Below, piece after piece: positions 20,875 through 29,952 of a stretch of 64,000 nucleotides of DNA. Below the pieces are notes generated by a model that was not told the DNA's origin, searched no databases, and saw only the letters and a program-made list of their open reading frames with translations. This DNA comes from an uncultured bacterium (GTDB lineage Bacteria; Hydrothermota; Tepidihabitantia; SM23-42), in the NCBI GenBank assembly GCA_964419565.1, contig CAYQPW010000007.1:31398-95397 (forward strand), written 5' to 3'. Within the stretch, counting starts at the first letter, position 1. Each line of letters starts with the position of its first letter. The translations under genes and the position numbers were made by a program.

Positions 20875-22020
20875 GTGAGAGAAGTAGTTGCTATTGGTTG
20901 TGGAATGACAAAATTCGGTGAACTCTGGACCATGTCATTGAGGGATATTTTTGTCGATGCGGCACTGAAGGCTATCAAGGATGCGGGTGTTGATCATATA
21001 GATTCAATGTATGTCGGTGCGATGACCCCAGGACTTTTTGTCGGCCAAGAACATATCGGTGCCTTAATGGCTGATTATCTCGGCGTCGCGCCGGTTCCCG
21101 CAGTGCGTGTCGAGTCAGCCTGTTGCTCAGGTGGTATGGCACTGAGACTTGGATTTTTTGAAATCTCTTCAGGATATAGTGATATTGTTTTGGTCGGCGG
21201 GGTTGAGAAAATGAACGATGGTGCTGACGCCACTTATGCACTTGCTACGGCAGCAGATCAGGAGTATGAGGTTTATCAGGGCGTAACCTTTCCCGGACTG
21301 TATGCACTGATCGCACGGGCTCATATGCATCGCTACGGGACAACACGAAAACAGCTGGCTGCGGTTTCAGTTAAGAATCATCGAAACGGTGCCATGAATC
21401 CTAATGCACAATTTCCACAGGAGGTGACCATTGAACAGGTGATCAATGCAACGCTCGTCGCTGATCCGCTTACTGTGCTTGATAGTTCACCAGTATCTGA
21501 TGGTGCAGCTTGTGTTATACTCGCATCGGCTGACCTTGCCAAGAAAATGGGAGTAAGACCGGTCAAGATAATCGGTTCAGGGGCAGCTACAGATACTTTC
21601 GCTCTGCACGACCGTGAAGATATCACGACCCTCAAAGCGGTTGAATTATCTGGTGAAGCAGCTTATAAAATGGCTGGCGTAAAACCATCAGATATTGATT
21701 TAGCCGAGGTTCATGATTGTTTTTCGATCGCAGAAATATGTATTATTGAAGAATTAGGATTCACGGAAAAAGGCAAAGGCGGACCATTTACTGAACAGGG
21801 AAATACAGCATTGAATGGAAAGATTCCGGTCAATACATCGGGTGGTCTGAAATCCAAAGGACATCCGGTTGGAGCAACGGGTATCGCGCAGGTCGTTGAA
21901 GTCGTTGAACAGCTGCAGGGAAAAGCTGGTAAACGTCAGGTGAAGAATCCTCAAATCGGCTTAACTCAGAATATGGGTGGTTCAGGTGCTTCATCAGTCG
22001 TTCATATTTTTAAAATATAA
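20875..22020 (+). CDS. acetyl-CoA acetyltransferase, archaeal/SCP-x-type thiolase
   Basis: [10 protein letters not shown] (active Cys), EVHDCFS and [17 protein letters not shown] motifs. GTG start after GGAGG. Confidence 0.8.
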   Translation: MREVVAIGCGMTKFGELWTMSLRDIFVDAALKAIKDAGVDHIDSMYVGAMTPGLFVGQEHIGALMADYLGVAPVPAVRVESACCSGGMALRLGFFEISSGYSDIVLVGGVEKMNDGADATYALATAADQEYEVYQGVTFPGLYALIARAHMHRYGTTRKQLAAVSVKNHRNGAMNPNAQFPQEVTIEQVINATLVADPLTVLDSSPVSDGAACVILASADLAKKMGVRPVKIIGSGAATDTFALHDREDITTLKAVELSGEAAYKMAGVKPSDIDLAEVHDCFSIAEICIIEELGFTEKGKGGPFTEQGNTALNGKIPVNTSGGLKSKGHPVGATGIAQVVEVVEQLQGKAGKRQVKNPQIGLTQNMGGSGASSVVHIFKI

Positions 22021-22117
22021 AAGAAGGGTTTGATTTGGATGCTGGAAAAAGCAAAATCGAGGTTTTAATATAGATGTTTGAAGTCCAGCTTCCTAACCAT
22101 GACCCAATAACCATTTG
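22021..22117. repeat. intercistronic imperfect hairpin element, family 1, copy C
   Basis: AAGAAGGGTTTGATTTGGATGCTGGA ... TCCAGCTTCCTAACCATGACCCAATAACCATTTG. GCTGGA and TCCAGC are perfectly complementary. Confidence 0.7.
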
Positions 22118-22130
22118 ATAAGGAGGTCAC

Positions 22131-22520
22131 ATGCCATCACCAAGATATCGCCGTGAGATGCCGCAGCGCTACCGTCTTGAGGCAGCAAAATGCAGGAGCT
22201 GCGGTAAGCTGTCATTTCCTCCACGCTTGATCTGTTCAGGTTGCGGCGCTCGTGAATTCGACAGTTCAAAGATGTCAGATACCGGGACAATTCTTTCATA
22301 TACAACGATCCGAGTTGCGCCTGCAAATTTCTCTAGGCAGGTACCTTATTCGATTGCTATTGTGGAATCGGATAATGGTATTAGAGTGACGACTCAGGTC
22401 GTTGATTGCCGACCCGAGGATCTGAAAATCGGCAAGAAAGTAAAGTTTGTGTTCAGAAAAATGTACGAAGAAGGACATACCGGGATTATTTGCTACGGCT
22501 ATAAGACTGTGCTTGTTTGA
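22131..22520 (+). CDS. DUF35 OB-fold / zinc-ribbon protein (thiolase-HMGCS scaffold type)
   Basis: 129 aa. [20 protein letters not shown] rubredoxin-like zinc ribbon followed by an OB-fold-like half. Adjacent to the thiolase and HMGCS. Confidence 0.8.
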   Translation: MPSPRYRREMPQRYRLEAAKCRSCGKLSFPPRLICSGCGAREFDSSKMSDTGTILSYTTIRVAPANFSRQVPYSIAIVESDNGIRVTTQVVDCRPEDLKIGKKVKFVFRKMYEEGHTGIICYGYKTVLV

Positions 22521-22524
22521 GGTA

Positions 22525-24135
22525 ATGATGTATAGAATTGAATCGAAAATAAGTGTAAACGATCCAGAGTATAAGGCTAATGAATTAGCTATGAAGAAGG
22601 CTGTTGGTGTCTTGAAGGAGCGTCTTGCCGAGGTCAAAAAAGGCGGTCCTGATTATATGCATAAAAAACATGTTGAGCGAGGTAAGCTCTTTGTTCGTGA
22701 TCGCCTTAAATTACTGCTCGATCCAGATACGCCGTTTCTCGAATTGAGTCCTCTTGCGGCCTGGGATATGTATGATAACGGCCACCCGTCGGCTGCGATC
22801 ATAACGGGTATCGGTTTAATACATGAACGAGAAGTTATGGTCATTGCCCATGATGCAACGGTAAAGGGTGGTACCTATGTCCCTGAAACGATAAAAAAAC
22901 ATATCCGTGCGCAAGAAATTGCGATGGAGAATCGATTACCTTGTATATATCTGGTTGATTCAGGTGGGATTTTTCTGCCTTTGCAGGTCGGGACATTCCC
23001 TGATCGATTCCATTTTGGTCGCATATTTTTCAACCAGGCAAGAATGTCTGCTGCGAACATCCCTCAGATATCCGTCGTCCTCGGATTCTGTACGGCAGGC
23101 GGCGCATATCAACCAGCGATGAGTGACGAGGTTGTTATTGTCAAAGGTGTGGGCACTATCTACATCGGGGGGCCTCCGTTAGTCAAAGCGGCGACTGGTG
23201 AAGTTGTCAGTGAAGAGGACTTAGGAGGTGCTGATGTCCATTGCCGGATTTCAGGTGTTGCTGATCATTATGCCAGCGATGATGAACACGCTCTTGAAAT
23301 TACCCGCAGTATCGTCGAAAATCTTGGTCAACAACCGGGATACCCGCTGTTGAGAAGTCAACCAGAAGAACCAGCATATGATCCAAAAGAACTTTACGGT
23401 ATCATCCCTGCCGATCCTAAGAAGACCTTTGATATGAGGGAGATAATTGCACGTATCGTGGACCGTAGTGATTTTCAAGAATTCAAAGAGCTTTATGGTC
23501 CTACTATTGTCTGCGGTTTTGCGCGCATTATGGGTTACCCGGTTGGTATTCTGGCAAATAACGGCGTCTTGTTTTCTGAATCTTCGCAAAAAGGTGCGCA
23601 TTTTGTCACGATGTGCTCGGTGAGGAAGATCCCTTTACTTTTTCTACAGAATATTACTGGTTTTATCGTTGGCAAAAGGTATGAACATCAGGGTATAGCC
23701 AAAGACGGTGCTAAATTGGTGCATGCTGTGGCTAATGCACAGGTTCCGAAATTTACGGTTATGATAGGTGGTTCGTACGGTGCAGGGAATTACGGCATGT
23801 GCGGACGAGCTTATGACCCACGACTACTCTGGATGTGGCCTACTGCCCGGATTTGTGTCATGGGTGGTGAACAGGCTGCTGGTGTTCTGACCGATATCAA
23901 GGTAAGAGCTTTAATAAAACAGGGGAAGAAACCGACCCAGCAGGAAATTGATGAGATAAAAAAGCCTATTTTAGCTAAATACGAACAAGAATCGAGTGCT
24001 TACTATTCGACCGGTCGGCTTTGGGATGACGGGATTATCGATCCTCTTGATACACGGCAGCTTCTCGGTTTAGGTATCGGTATGTCACTAAATGCACCGA
24101 TTCCTGATCACAGATTTGGTGTTTTTAGAATGTAA
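22525..24135 (+). CDS. methylcrotonyl-CoA carboxylase beta subunit (carboxyltransferase)
   Basis: N-terminal [35 protein letters not shown] is MCC-beta/GcdA-like. In-frame ATG at 22525 used because the track start at 22447 overlaps the DUF35 gene. Confidence 0.8.
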   Translation: MMYRIESKISVNDPEYKANELAMKKAVGVLKERLAEVKKGGPDYMHKKHVERGKLFVRDRLKLLLDPDTPFLELSPLAAWDMYDNGHPSAAIITGIGLIHEREVMVIAHDATVKGGTYVPETIKKHIRAQEIAMENRLPCIYLVDSGGIFLPLQVGTFPDRFHFGRIFFNQARMSAANIPQISVVLGFCTAGGAYQPAMSDEVVIVKGVGTIYIGGPPLVKAATGEVVSEEDLGGADVHCRISGVADHYASDDEHALEITRSIVENLGQQPGYPLLRSQPEEPAYDPKELYGIIPADPKKTFDMREIIARIVDRSDFQEFKELYGPTIVCGFARIMGYPVGILANNGVLFSESSQKGAHFVTMCSVRKIPLLFLQNITGFIVGKRYEHQGIAKDGAKLVHAVANAQVPKFTVMIGGSYGAGNYGMCGRAYDPRLLWMWPTARICVMGGEQAAGVLTDIKVRALIKQGKKPTQQEIDEIKKPILAKYEQESSAYYSTGRLWDDGIIDPLDTRQLLGLGIGMSLNAPIPDHRFGVFRM

Positions 24136-24149
24136 TTTACAGAGGGAAC

Positions 24150-24500
24150 ATGGGATTGAAAGGTGGTGCAATGAAAAAAATCAAGTTCAAGGATATCGTT
24201 GCTGGGGTTAAAAAACCATGGCAGCCCAAGGATGTTGCTTTTATTAATGATACAGCTTTACGCGTTGCCAAGATCGAAGGTGTATACAACTGGCACACAC
24301 ACCGTGATGAAGATGAGTTTTTTTTCGTTCTCAAAGGTAAAATTTCCATTGATACTGAAGAGGGCGAAGTAGAAATCAAGGAAAATCAGGGATTTTTGGT
24401 AAAACGCGGCAAGCGACATCGTTCGAGGGCAAAAAAAGCTGCCTGGATATTGCTTGTCGAACCGGTGAAAACAAAGACTCTTGGAGAAGATAATCAATGA
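24150..24500 (+). CDS. cupin-domain protein
   Basis: About 110 aa. NWHTHRDEDEFFFVLKG...G..V.RG..H is a cupin-2-like metal motif. An alternative start at 24171 is equally plausible. Confidence 0.6.
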   Translation: MGLKGGAMKKIKFKDIVAGVKKPWQPKDVAFINDTALRVAKIEGVYNWHTHRDEDEFFFVLKGKISIDTEEGEVEIKENQGFLVKRGKRHRSRAKKAAWILLVEPVKTKTLGEDNQ

Positions 24501-24628
24501 CAAATACCAAAAACCAAAGATCAAAGGAATGTAAAAATCTCAATAGGTATATTTGACATTGGAGATTTGGTTATCATTTGGCATTTCTGATTTGAAATTT
24601 GTAATTATGAATTAAAAGGATATATCGT

Positions 24629-25420
24629 ATGCAAAGAGAAAATCTGCAGACGCTTTTATATGATATTGAAAAAGGTGTGGCGAAGGTGACGTTCAACCGA
24701 CCGGATGTTCACAACGCGTTCAATGATAGCATGATACGCGAGCTCGGCGATGTTTTCGATGATATCGGGCAGCGGCAGGATGCCCGTGTTGTGGTTATGA
24801 CTGGTAAGGGTAAGTCCTTTTGTGCTGGTGCCGATCTGAACTGGATGCGTCGTGTTAAGGACTATGATTATGAAGACAATCTAAAAGAATCTTTGGAACT
24901 TGCGGACATGCTGTATAAGATATATTCATCACCTAAGCCAACAATCGCTCAGGTCAATGGAGCGGCAATAGGTGGTGGCACCGGTCTGGTTGCAGTTTGC
25001 GATATCGCAATTGCAGCAGACAGGGCAAAGTTCAGTTTCAGCGAAGTGAAGCTTGGTCTTATCCCTGCGTGTATTTCACCGTATGTGATAAAAAAATGCG
25101 GTGAAGGCAAATGCCGCGAGTTCTTTTTAACCGGTGAACGGTTGACTGCACAGAGAGCTTGTGCTGCGGGTTTGATCAACATAGTCACGTCACCTGATGA
25201 ACTTGGTAATACTGTCGGTGAATTGGTGCAGAAGTTGTTGTCGAGTGGTCCCGAGGCGATCGCAAAGTGCAAAGAATTATTGCGTAATGTTGCTGAAATG
25301 CCCTTTGAAAAGGGCAAGGCATATACAGCTGAGGTGATTGCACGATTGCGCATCTCTGATGAAGGACAGGAGGGGATGGCAGCGTTTTTTGATAAAAGAA
25401 AGCCGAAGTGGAACAAATAG
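24629..25420 (+). CDS. enoyl-CoA hydratase family, probably methylglutaconyl-CoA hydratase
   Basis: Crotonase fold (FNRPDVHNAF, GKSFCAGADL, VNGAAIGGG, EGMAAFFDKRKPKW). Position between MCC beta and alpha genes. Confidence 0.75.
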   Translation: MQRENLQTLLYDIEKGVAKVTFNRPDVHNAFNDSMIRELGDVFDDIGQRQDARVVVMTGKGKSFCAGADLNWMRRVKDYDYEDNLKESLELADMLYKIYSSPKPTIAQVNGAAIGGGTGLVAVCDIAIAADRAKFSFSEVKLGLIPACISPYVIKKCGEGKCREFFLTGERLTAQRACAAGLINIVTSPDELGNTVGELVQKLLSSGPEAIAKCKELLRNVAEMPFEKGKAYTAEVIARLRISDEGQEGMAAFFDKRKPKWNK

Positions 25421-25685
25421 TGAATTTCAAATTACAAATACCAAATGACAAACGAATTCTCCAACTATGCGGGAACCACGATTTACATGTACTATATAAT
25501 CAAAAATGATAAATCCCGCAATCCTATTTGTAGAATTATAATACGAAGCGGGATAAATCGGGACAAGATCCAGATATCAAACCGAAGTGGTTCAAGGATT
25601 CAGATAAATGATGGCAATACAGAGGGATATTTTATCTGTATAAATCTGCACCAGTCTGTTTGCATCGATTTGTGCGGAGCAAAAA

Positions 25686-27191
25686 ATGTTTAAAAAAATA
25701 TTGATTGCCAACCGCGGTGAGATTGCTATTCGCATCGCCCGAGCTTGTCACGAGCTGGGGATATCAACGGTCGGGGTTTATTCAAAAGCTGATGCTGCTT
25801 CACGCCATCTTTGGCATATGGATGACGCTGTTTTTATAGGTGATCCTGCGCCTCAGTCGAGTTATCTAAATATCCTCAAAATAATCGAAGTAGCTCAGCA
25901 GTATGGCGTCCAGGCAATACATCCAGGATATGGTTTTCTAGCCGAGAATGCCCGGTTTGTTAAAGCATGCGAAGAAGCAGGTATCGTATTTATTGGTCCG
26001 AATTCCAGAGCTATGGCTTTGGTTGGCGACAAGGTTGCATCGCGCAATACAGTTAAACATGCCGATGTACCTATTATCCCGGGTATGGAAGCAAGTAGCA
26101 CTGATCTGATCGCCTTCCGAAATATGGCCTCCCAGGTTGGCTATCCGGTGATCGTCAAAGCGTCTATGGGCGGGGGTGGCAAGGGGATGAGGATAGTGCG
26201 TAGCGACCGGGAACTTGAATCAAACATCGCTGCTGGACAAAGAGAAGCTCAAAGTGCATTTGGTGATGCTACAGTGTATCTTGAAAAGTATATTGAGAAA
26301 CCAAGGCATATTGAATTCCAGGTTATTCGTGACACGCATGGTAATGTCGTTCATTTGTACGAACGTGAGTGCTCTATCCAGCGACGGCACCAGAAGATCA
26401 TCGAAGAGACTCCCTCACCAGCTCTTGATAATTCTCTGCGAGAGGAAATGGGTGAAGCTGCAAAGAGGGTTATTGAAGCAGCAGATTACACAAACGCTGG
26501 GACAGTTGAATTCCTCGTTGATGAAAATGGGAAATTTTATTTTCTCGAAGTGAATGCACGTGTCCAGGTGGAACACCCGATTACGGAAATGGTTACCGGT
26601 GTTGACTTAGTACGTGAACAGATACTGGTTGCGACCGGTGAAAAACTTAACTTCACCCAGACAGATATATGCCAGCGCGGTCACGCAGTGGAATCCCGTA
26701 TTTATGCTGAAGATCCAGATAATAACTTTATGCCTTCACCCGGCAGAATACTCTATTTGCTTGAACCAAGTGGTCCAGGTGTCCGAGTCGATTCAGGTAT
26801 ATACCAGGGTTGGGATGTACCGCCCCATTATGACCCGATACTTTCAAAACTTATAACCTGGGCTGAGACAAGAGAAGCATCCCTGAGACGTATGTCCCGT
26901 GTTCTGGAGGAATATATTATTCTTGGGATAAAAACTAATATAAGATTTCTGAAGTGTATCATGGACTCCGAAAAATTCATAACCGGCAAGTATCATACAC
27001 ATTTTATTGATGATAATGAAAGAGACTTGATACCTGAATATGATAGAATAGACCAGGTCTTGATCGCCGCTTCGCTGATAAAAAAGACACGGCGGACAGG
27101 GGTCAGGGTCCCGGCTATTTCCAGCTCATCAGAACAGGCAAAAACAACGACTCCCTGGCAAGAATTAGGTCATTGGGAGATATGCAGATAG
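25686..27191 (+). CDS. biotin carboxylase subunit (MCC alpha, BC part), stand-alone
   Basis: ILIANRGEIAIRI, HPGYGFLAEN, GGGGKGMR and ECSIQRRHQKIIEE motifs. 501 aa, no biotinyl domain. Confidence 0.88.
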   Translation: MFKKILIANRGEIAIRIARACHELGISTVGVYSKADAASRHLWHMDDAVFIGDPAPQSSYLNILKIIEVAQQYGVQAIHPGYGFLAENARFVKACEEAGIVFIGPNSRAMALVGDKVASRNTVKHADVPIIPGMEASSTDLIAFRNMASQVGYPVIVKASMGGGGKGMRIVRSDRELESNIAAGQREAQSAFGDATVYLEKYIEKPRHIEFQVIRDTHGNVVHLYERECSIQRRHQKIIEETPSPALDNSLREEMGEAAKRVIEAADYTNAGTVEFLVDENGKFYFLEVNARVQVEHPITEMVTGVDLVREQILVATGEKLNFTQTDICQRGHAVESRIYAEDPDNNFMPSPGRILYLLEPSGPGVRVDSGIYQGWDVPPHYDPILSKLITWAETREASLRRMSRVLEEYIILGIKTNIRFLKCIMDSEKFITGKYHTHFIDDNERDLIPEYDRIDQVLIAASLIKKTRRTGVRVPAISSSSEQAKTTTPWQELGHWEICR

Positions 27192-27215
27192 TGAAGGGAT
27201 ATATGATTGATCGGG

Positions 27216-27283
27216 TTATCAGAGGATCACGATGGTCATATCCCCTGATATCCTGTCGGCCTGATACCCGTGTATTCTGATAA
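27216..27283. repeat. TATCAG-type intergenic repeat (copy 2, inverted orientation)
   Basis: TTATCAGA (27216-27223) and TCTGATAA (27276-27283) are a perfect inverted pair enclosing CCTGATATCCTG and CCTGATACCC. Confidence 0.6.
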
Positions 27284-27296
27284 TCTTACATAAGCC

Positions 27297-27785
27297 ATGG
27301 AATATAAATTCATACACCGAAACGAGATCCATACAGTGAAGATCAAGAAATCTGATAAGGGCTATCAGTTCACTGTTGATGGGAAGGACTATGACATCGT
27401 CAACTATTCGAAACATGAAAATATAATATCTTTTACATTTAACAAAGAGTCTTACAATATATACTATGCACAGGATAAGGATATGATATATCTGGCAACA
27501 GGCGGTGAGTACTACGCGTTTGTTTCTGACCGGGGTGGTTCAATGAAAGGCAGAAGAACACACGGTCAGATGGGTAATAGTGTAAGCTCACCTATGCCTG
27601 GTTTATTGGTAAAGATTATGGTCGCAGTCGGCGATAATGTTAAACAAGGGACGACTCTTGCCATAGTGGAAGCAATGAAGATGCAAAATGAATTGCGCGC
27701 GCCGCGTGACGGGATTATACGGCAGATAAATAACCGCGAAGGTGATCAGGTTGATGCTTTGAAACCGATCGTTGAGCTGACATAA
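27297..27785 (+). CDS. biotin carboxyl carrier protein (MCC alpha, BCCP part)
   Basis: EAMKMQNE biotinylation motif. 162 aa, paralogous to 13405-13896. Confidence 0.85.
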   Translation: MEYKFIHRNEIHTVKIKKSDKGYQFTVDGKDYDIVNYSKHENIISFTFNKESYNIYYAQDKDMIYLATGGEYYAFVSDRGGSMKGRRTHGQMGNSVSSPMPGLLVKIMVAVGDNVKQGTTLAIVEAMKMQNELRAPRDGIIRQINNREGDQVDALKPIVELT

Positions 27786-27934
27786 GGAGAAACTCGTCGT
27801 TAAGTTTGCACATCGACTTTTCGCATGAACCAAGGCCCCGGATAAATTCAAGAAAAAGAGGCGGAAGACAATTTCTGAGATCGACACGAGTGGCGATGCA
27901 GCATAACCTTTAACTATAACAGAAGGTGTGATAT

Positions 27935-28318
27935 ATGTATAGTAAGAAAGTGATGGACCATTTTATGAACCCGCGTAATGTAGGTGAAATCAAAGATGCC
28001 GATGGTGTCGGAGAAGTCGGTAACCCTGTATGTGGTGATGTTATGACCTTTTATATAAAAGTAAAGAATGGTATTATTAAGGATGTTAAATTCAAGACAT
28101 TTGGTTGTGGTGCGGCGATCGCTGTGTCGAGTATGGTCAGCGAAATGGCCAAGGGAAAAACGATTAAGGAAGCAATGGAGATCACGAACAGGTCGGTGGT
28201 TGATGAACTCGGCGGTTTACCCAATCAGAAACTGCATTGCTCTAACCTTGGTGCTGATGCTTTGCATAAGGCGATTGAAAATTATGTGAGAAAGACAAAG
28301 AAAGATATCGATGAATAG
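27935..28318 (+). CDS. iscU: Fe-S cluster assembly scaffold IscU/NifU N-terminal type
   Basis: GNPVCGDVM, FKTFGCGAAIA and LHCSNLGADAL carry the three conserved Cys. Confidence 0.9.
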   Translation: MYSKKVMDHFMNPRNVGEIKDADGVGEVGNPVCGDVMTFYIKVKNGIIKDVKFKTFGCGAAIAVSSMVSEMAKGKTIKEAMEITNRSVVDELGGLPNQKLHCSNLGADALHKAIENYVRKTKKDIDE

Positions 28319-28354
28319 GCTGCAGAACATTGAACTGCAGAGAAGGGGTGTGTA

Positions 28355-28822
28355 ATGCTGAGTGATAGAGACGAAATAATACAAATAGTAAATGAGGTTA
28401 AGAAAATTATCGATAGTAAATATGACCGGGACGAAAAACTTGCCGCGGTGTCCCATCTTTTAAAAGACAAGATCCCATATTATGACTGGGTGGGATTTTA
28501 TATTGCTGACCAGGCAAAGAAGGAACTTATTCTTGGACCTTTTGTCGGAGAACCGACTGAACATACCCGCATCGCCTTTGGTGAAGGGATTTGTGGACAA
28601 GCCGCGGCAATAAAAAAGCCATTTGTAGTTCAGGACATAAGGAAAGAAACGAATTATCTCTCCTGTAGTGTTAAGGTGATGTCCGAAATAGTATATCCCA
28701 TAATGAAGCAAGGTGAGGTTGTTGGAGAACTCGATATTGATTCGCATACCCTCTCTCCTTTCACTGACAAGGATAATGCCCTGCTGGGTAAGATCTGTAC
28801 ATTGATCGCTGTTTTATTATAA
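28355..28822 (+). CDS. GAF-domain protein (free methionine-R-sulfoxide reductase-like)
   Basis: 155 aa. YDWVGFY...GPFVGEP...GEGICGQAA...SEIVYPI...GELDIDS is the pattern of single-domain GAF/fRMsr proteins. Confidence 0.7.
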   Translation: MLSDRDEIIQIVNEVKKIIDSKYDRDEKLAAVSHLLKDKIPYYDWVGFYIADQAKKELILGPFVGEPTEHTRIAFGEGICGQAAAIKKPFVVQDIRKETNYLSCSVKVMSEIVYPIMKQGEVVGELDIDSHTLSPFTDKDNALLGKICTLIAVLL

Positions 28823-29000
28823 GTCCGTGGATTTGGCGGCCGATATCATAATGATGCGCCGGTAGAGGAGGGTTTGTTCGTGGAGAAAAATACTGCTATA
28901 TATTATGTTCGCACTTGCGATGAAGCCTGTATCGAGGTGGTTCAGAGAGACCAGCATTTGGTGCAGTGATTTTTTAGTTATGGTCTGCAAAGGAGGTAAA

Positions 29001-29777
29001 ATGGCGTTTAAAAATATTATTGTCGAGACTGATGGTAATTTAGGGATTTTAAAAATCAATCGACCTGACGTTTTAAATGCGGTGAACCTTGAGACGATAG
29101 TCGAAATTGAACGAGCGATGGTTGAATTCCAGGAAGATGATACTGTCGCTGTCGTGATAATAACGGGTCAAGGCAAGTCTTTTGTTTCCGGTTCAGATAT
29201 CGCTCGTTTGGCTGAAATGGATTCCTTGGAGGCTAGAGAATACAGCAGGATCGGCCAGCGCGTGCTGTCATACATCGAAAATATGGAAAAACCAGTGATC
29301 GCTGCAGTAAATGGATATGCCCTAGGTTCAGGGTGTGAGCTTGCTATGGCTTGTGATATGAGGATTGCATCGGATAAGGCAAAGTTTGGTCAACCCGAGG
29401 TAAAACTTGGTCTGATCCCTGGTCATGCTGGGACGCAGCGTCTTGCCAGATTGGTCGGGGTCGGTAAAGCAAAAGAACTAATCTATACGGGCGACATTAT
29501 TGACGGACAGGAAGCGCTGAGAATTGGTTTAGTTAATCAGGTTGTTGCCTCTGATGCTCTTTTGGAAGTGGTGAAAAACATCGCTAATAAAATAGCCAGC
29601 GCGGGTAAAATTGCAGTTCACATTGCCAAAACAGTCATCAACCGCGGTATTAATACGAATCTCGAAACAGCAAATTCATATGAAATGGAAGCCTTCAGCA
29701 TATTATTTTCGACTGATGAGGCCAAAGAAGGCATGAAGGCTTTTTTGGAGAAAAGAAAACCTAAATGGAACAAATAG
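29001..29777 (+). CDS. crt: enoyl-CoA hydratase (crotonase)
   Basis: INRPDVLNA, GKSFVSGSDI, VNGYALGSGCELAMACD and EGMKAFLEKRKPKW motifs. ATG 29001 follows AGGAGG (28991-28996); the track start at 28905 is an unsupported extension. Confidence 0.85.
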   Translation: MAFKNIIVETDGNLGILKINRPDVLNAVNLETIVEIERAMVEFQEDDTVAVVIITGQGKSFVSGSDIARLAEMDSLEAREYSRIGQRVLSYIENMEKPVIAAVNGYALGSGCELAMACDMRIASDKAKFGQPEVKLGLIPGHAGTQRLARLVGVGKAKELIYTGDIIDGQEALRIGLVNQVVASDALLEVVKNIANKIASAGKIAVHIAKTVINRGINTNLETANSYEMEAFSILFSTDEAKEGMKAFLEKRKPKWNK

Positions 29778-29952
29778 ACAAAATACTAAGTACTAAATGC
29801 GAAACTCTGGACAATAATGAGGGACCAAAATTCAAATTCTCTAAACTCAGTCTTGAATTTCGTATTTGTTCAGGTATGAATTTTCCGCCCGAGGCGGGTC
29901 AGCCTTAGGCTGTAGATATTGTAATTTAGAGTTTTCTGCGATAGGAGGATAG

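Noticed and set aside
22447-22524. Upstream extension of the MCC beta ORF given by the ORF track
   Set aside because: It overlaps the 3' end of the DUF35 gene by 74 nt. Homology-like sequence begins only at MMYRIESK, so the ATG at 22525 was used.
25445-25693. 82-aa ORF in the hydratase-to-biotin-carboxylase spacer
   Set aside because: The sequence is low-complexity with no ribosome-binding site. It overlaps the well-supported start of the biotin carboxylase gene at 25686, so I treat the region as non-coding.
28905-29000. Upstream extension of the crotonase ORF
   Set aside because: A perfect AGGAGG lies at 28991-28996, directly before ATG 29001. The crotonase fold starts at MAFKNIIVE, and the extension looks like translated spacer.
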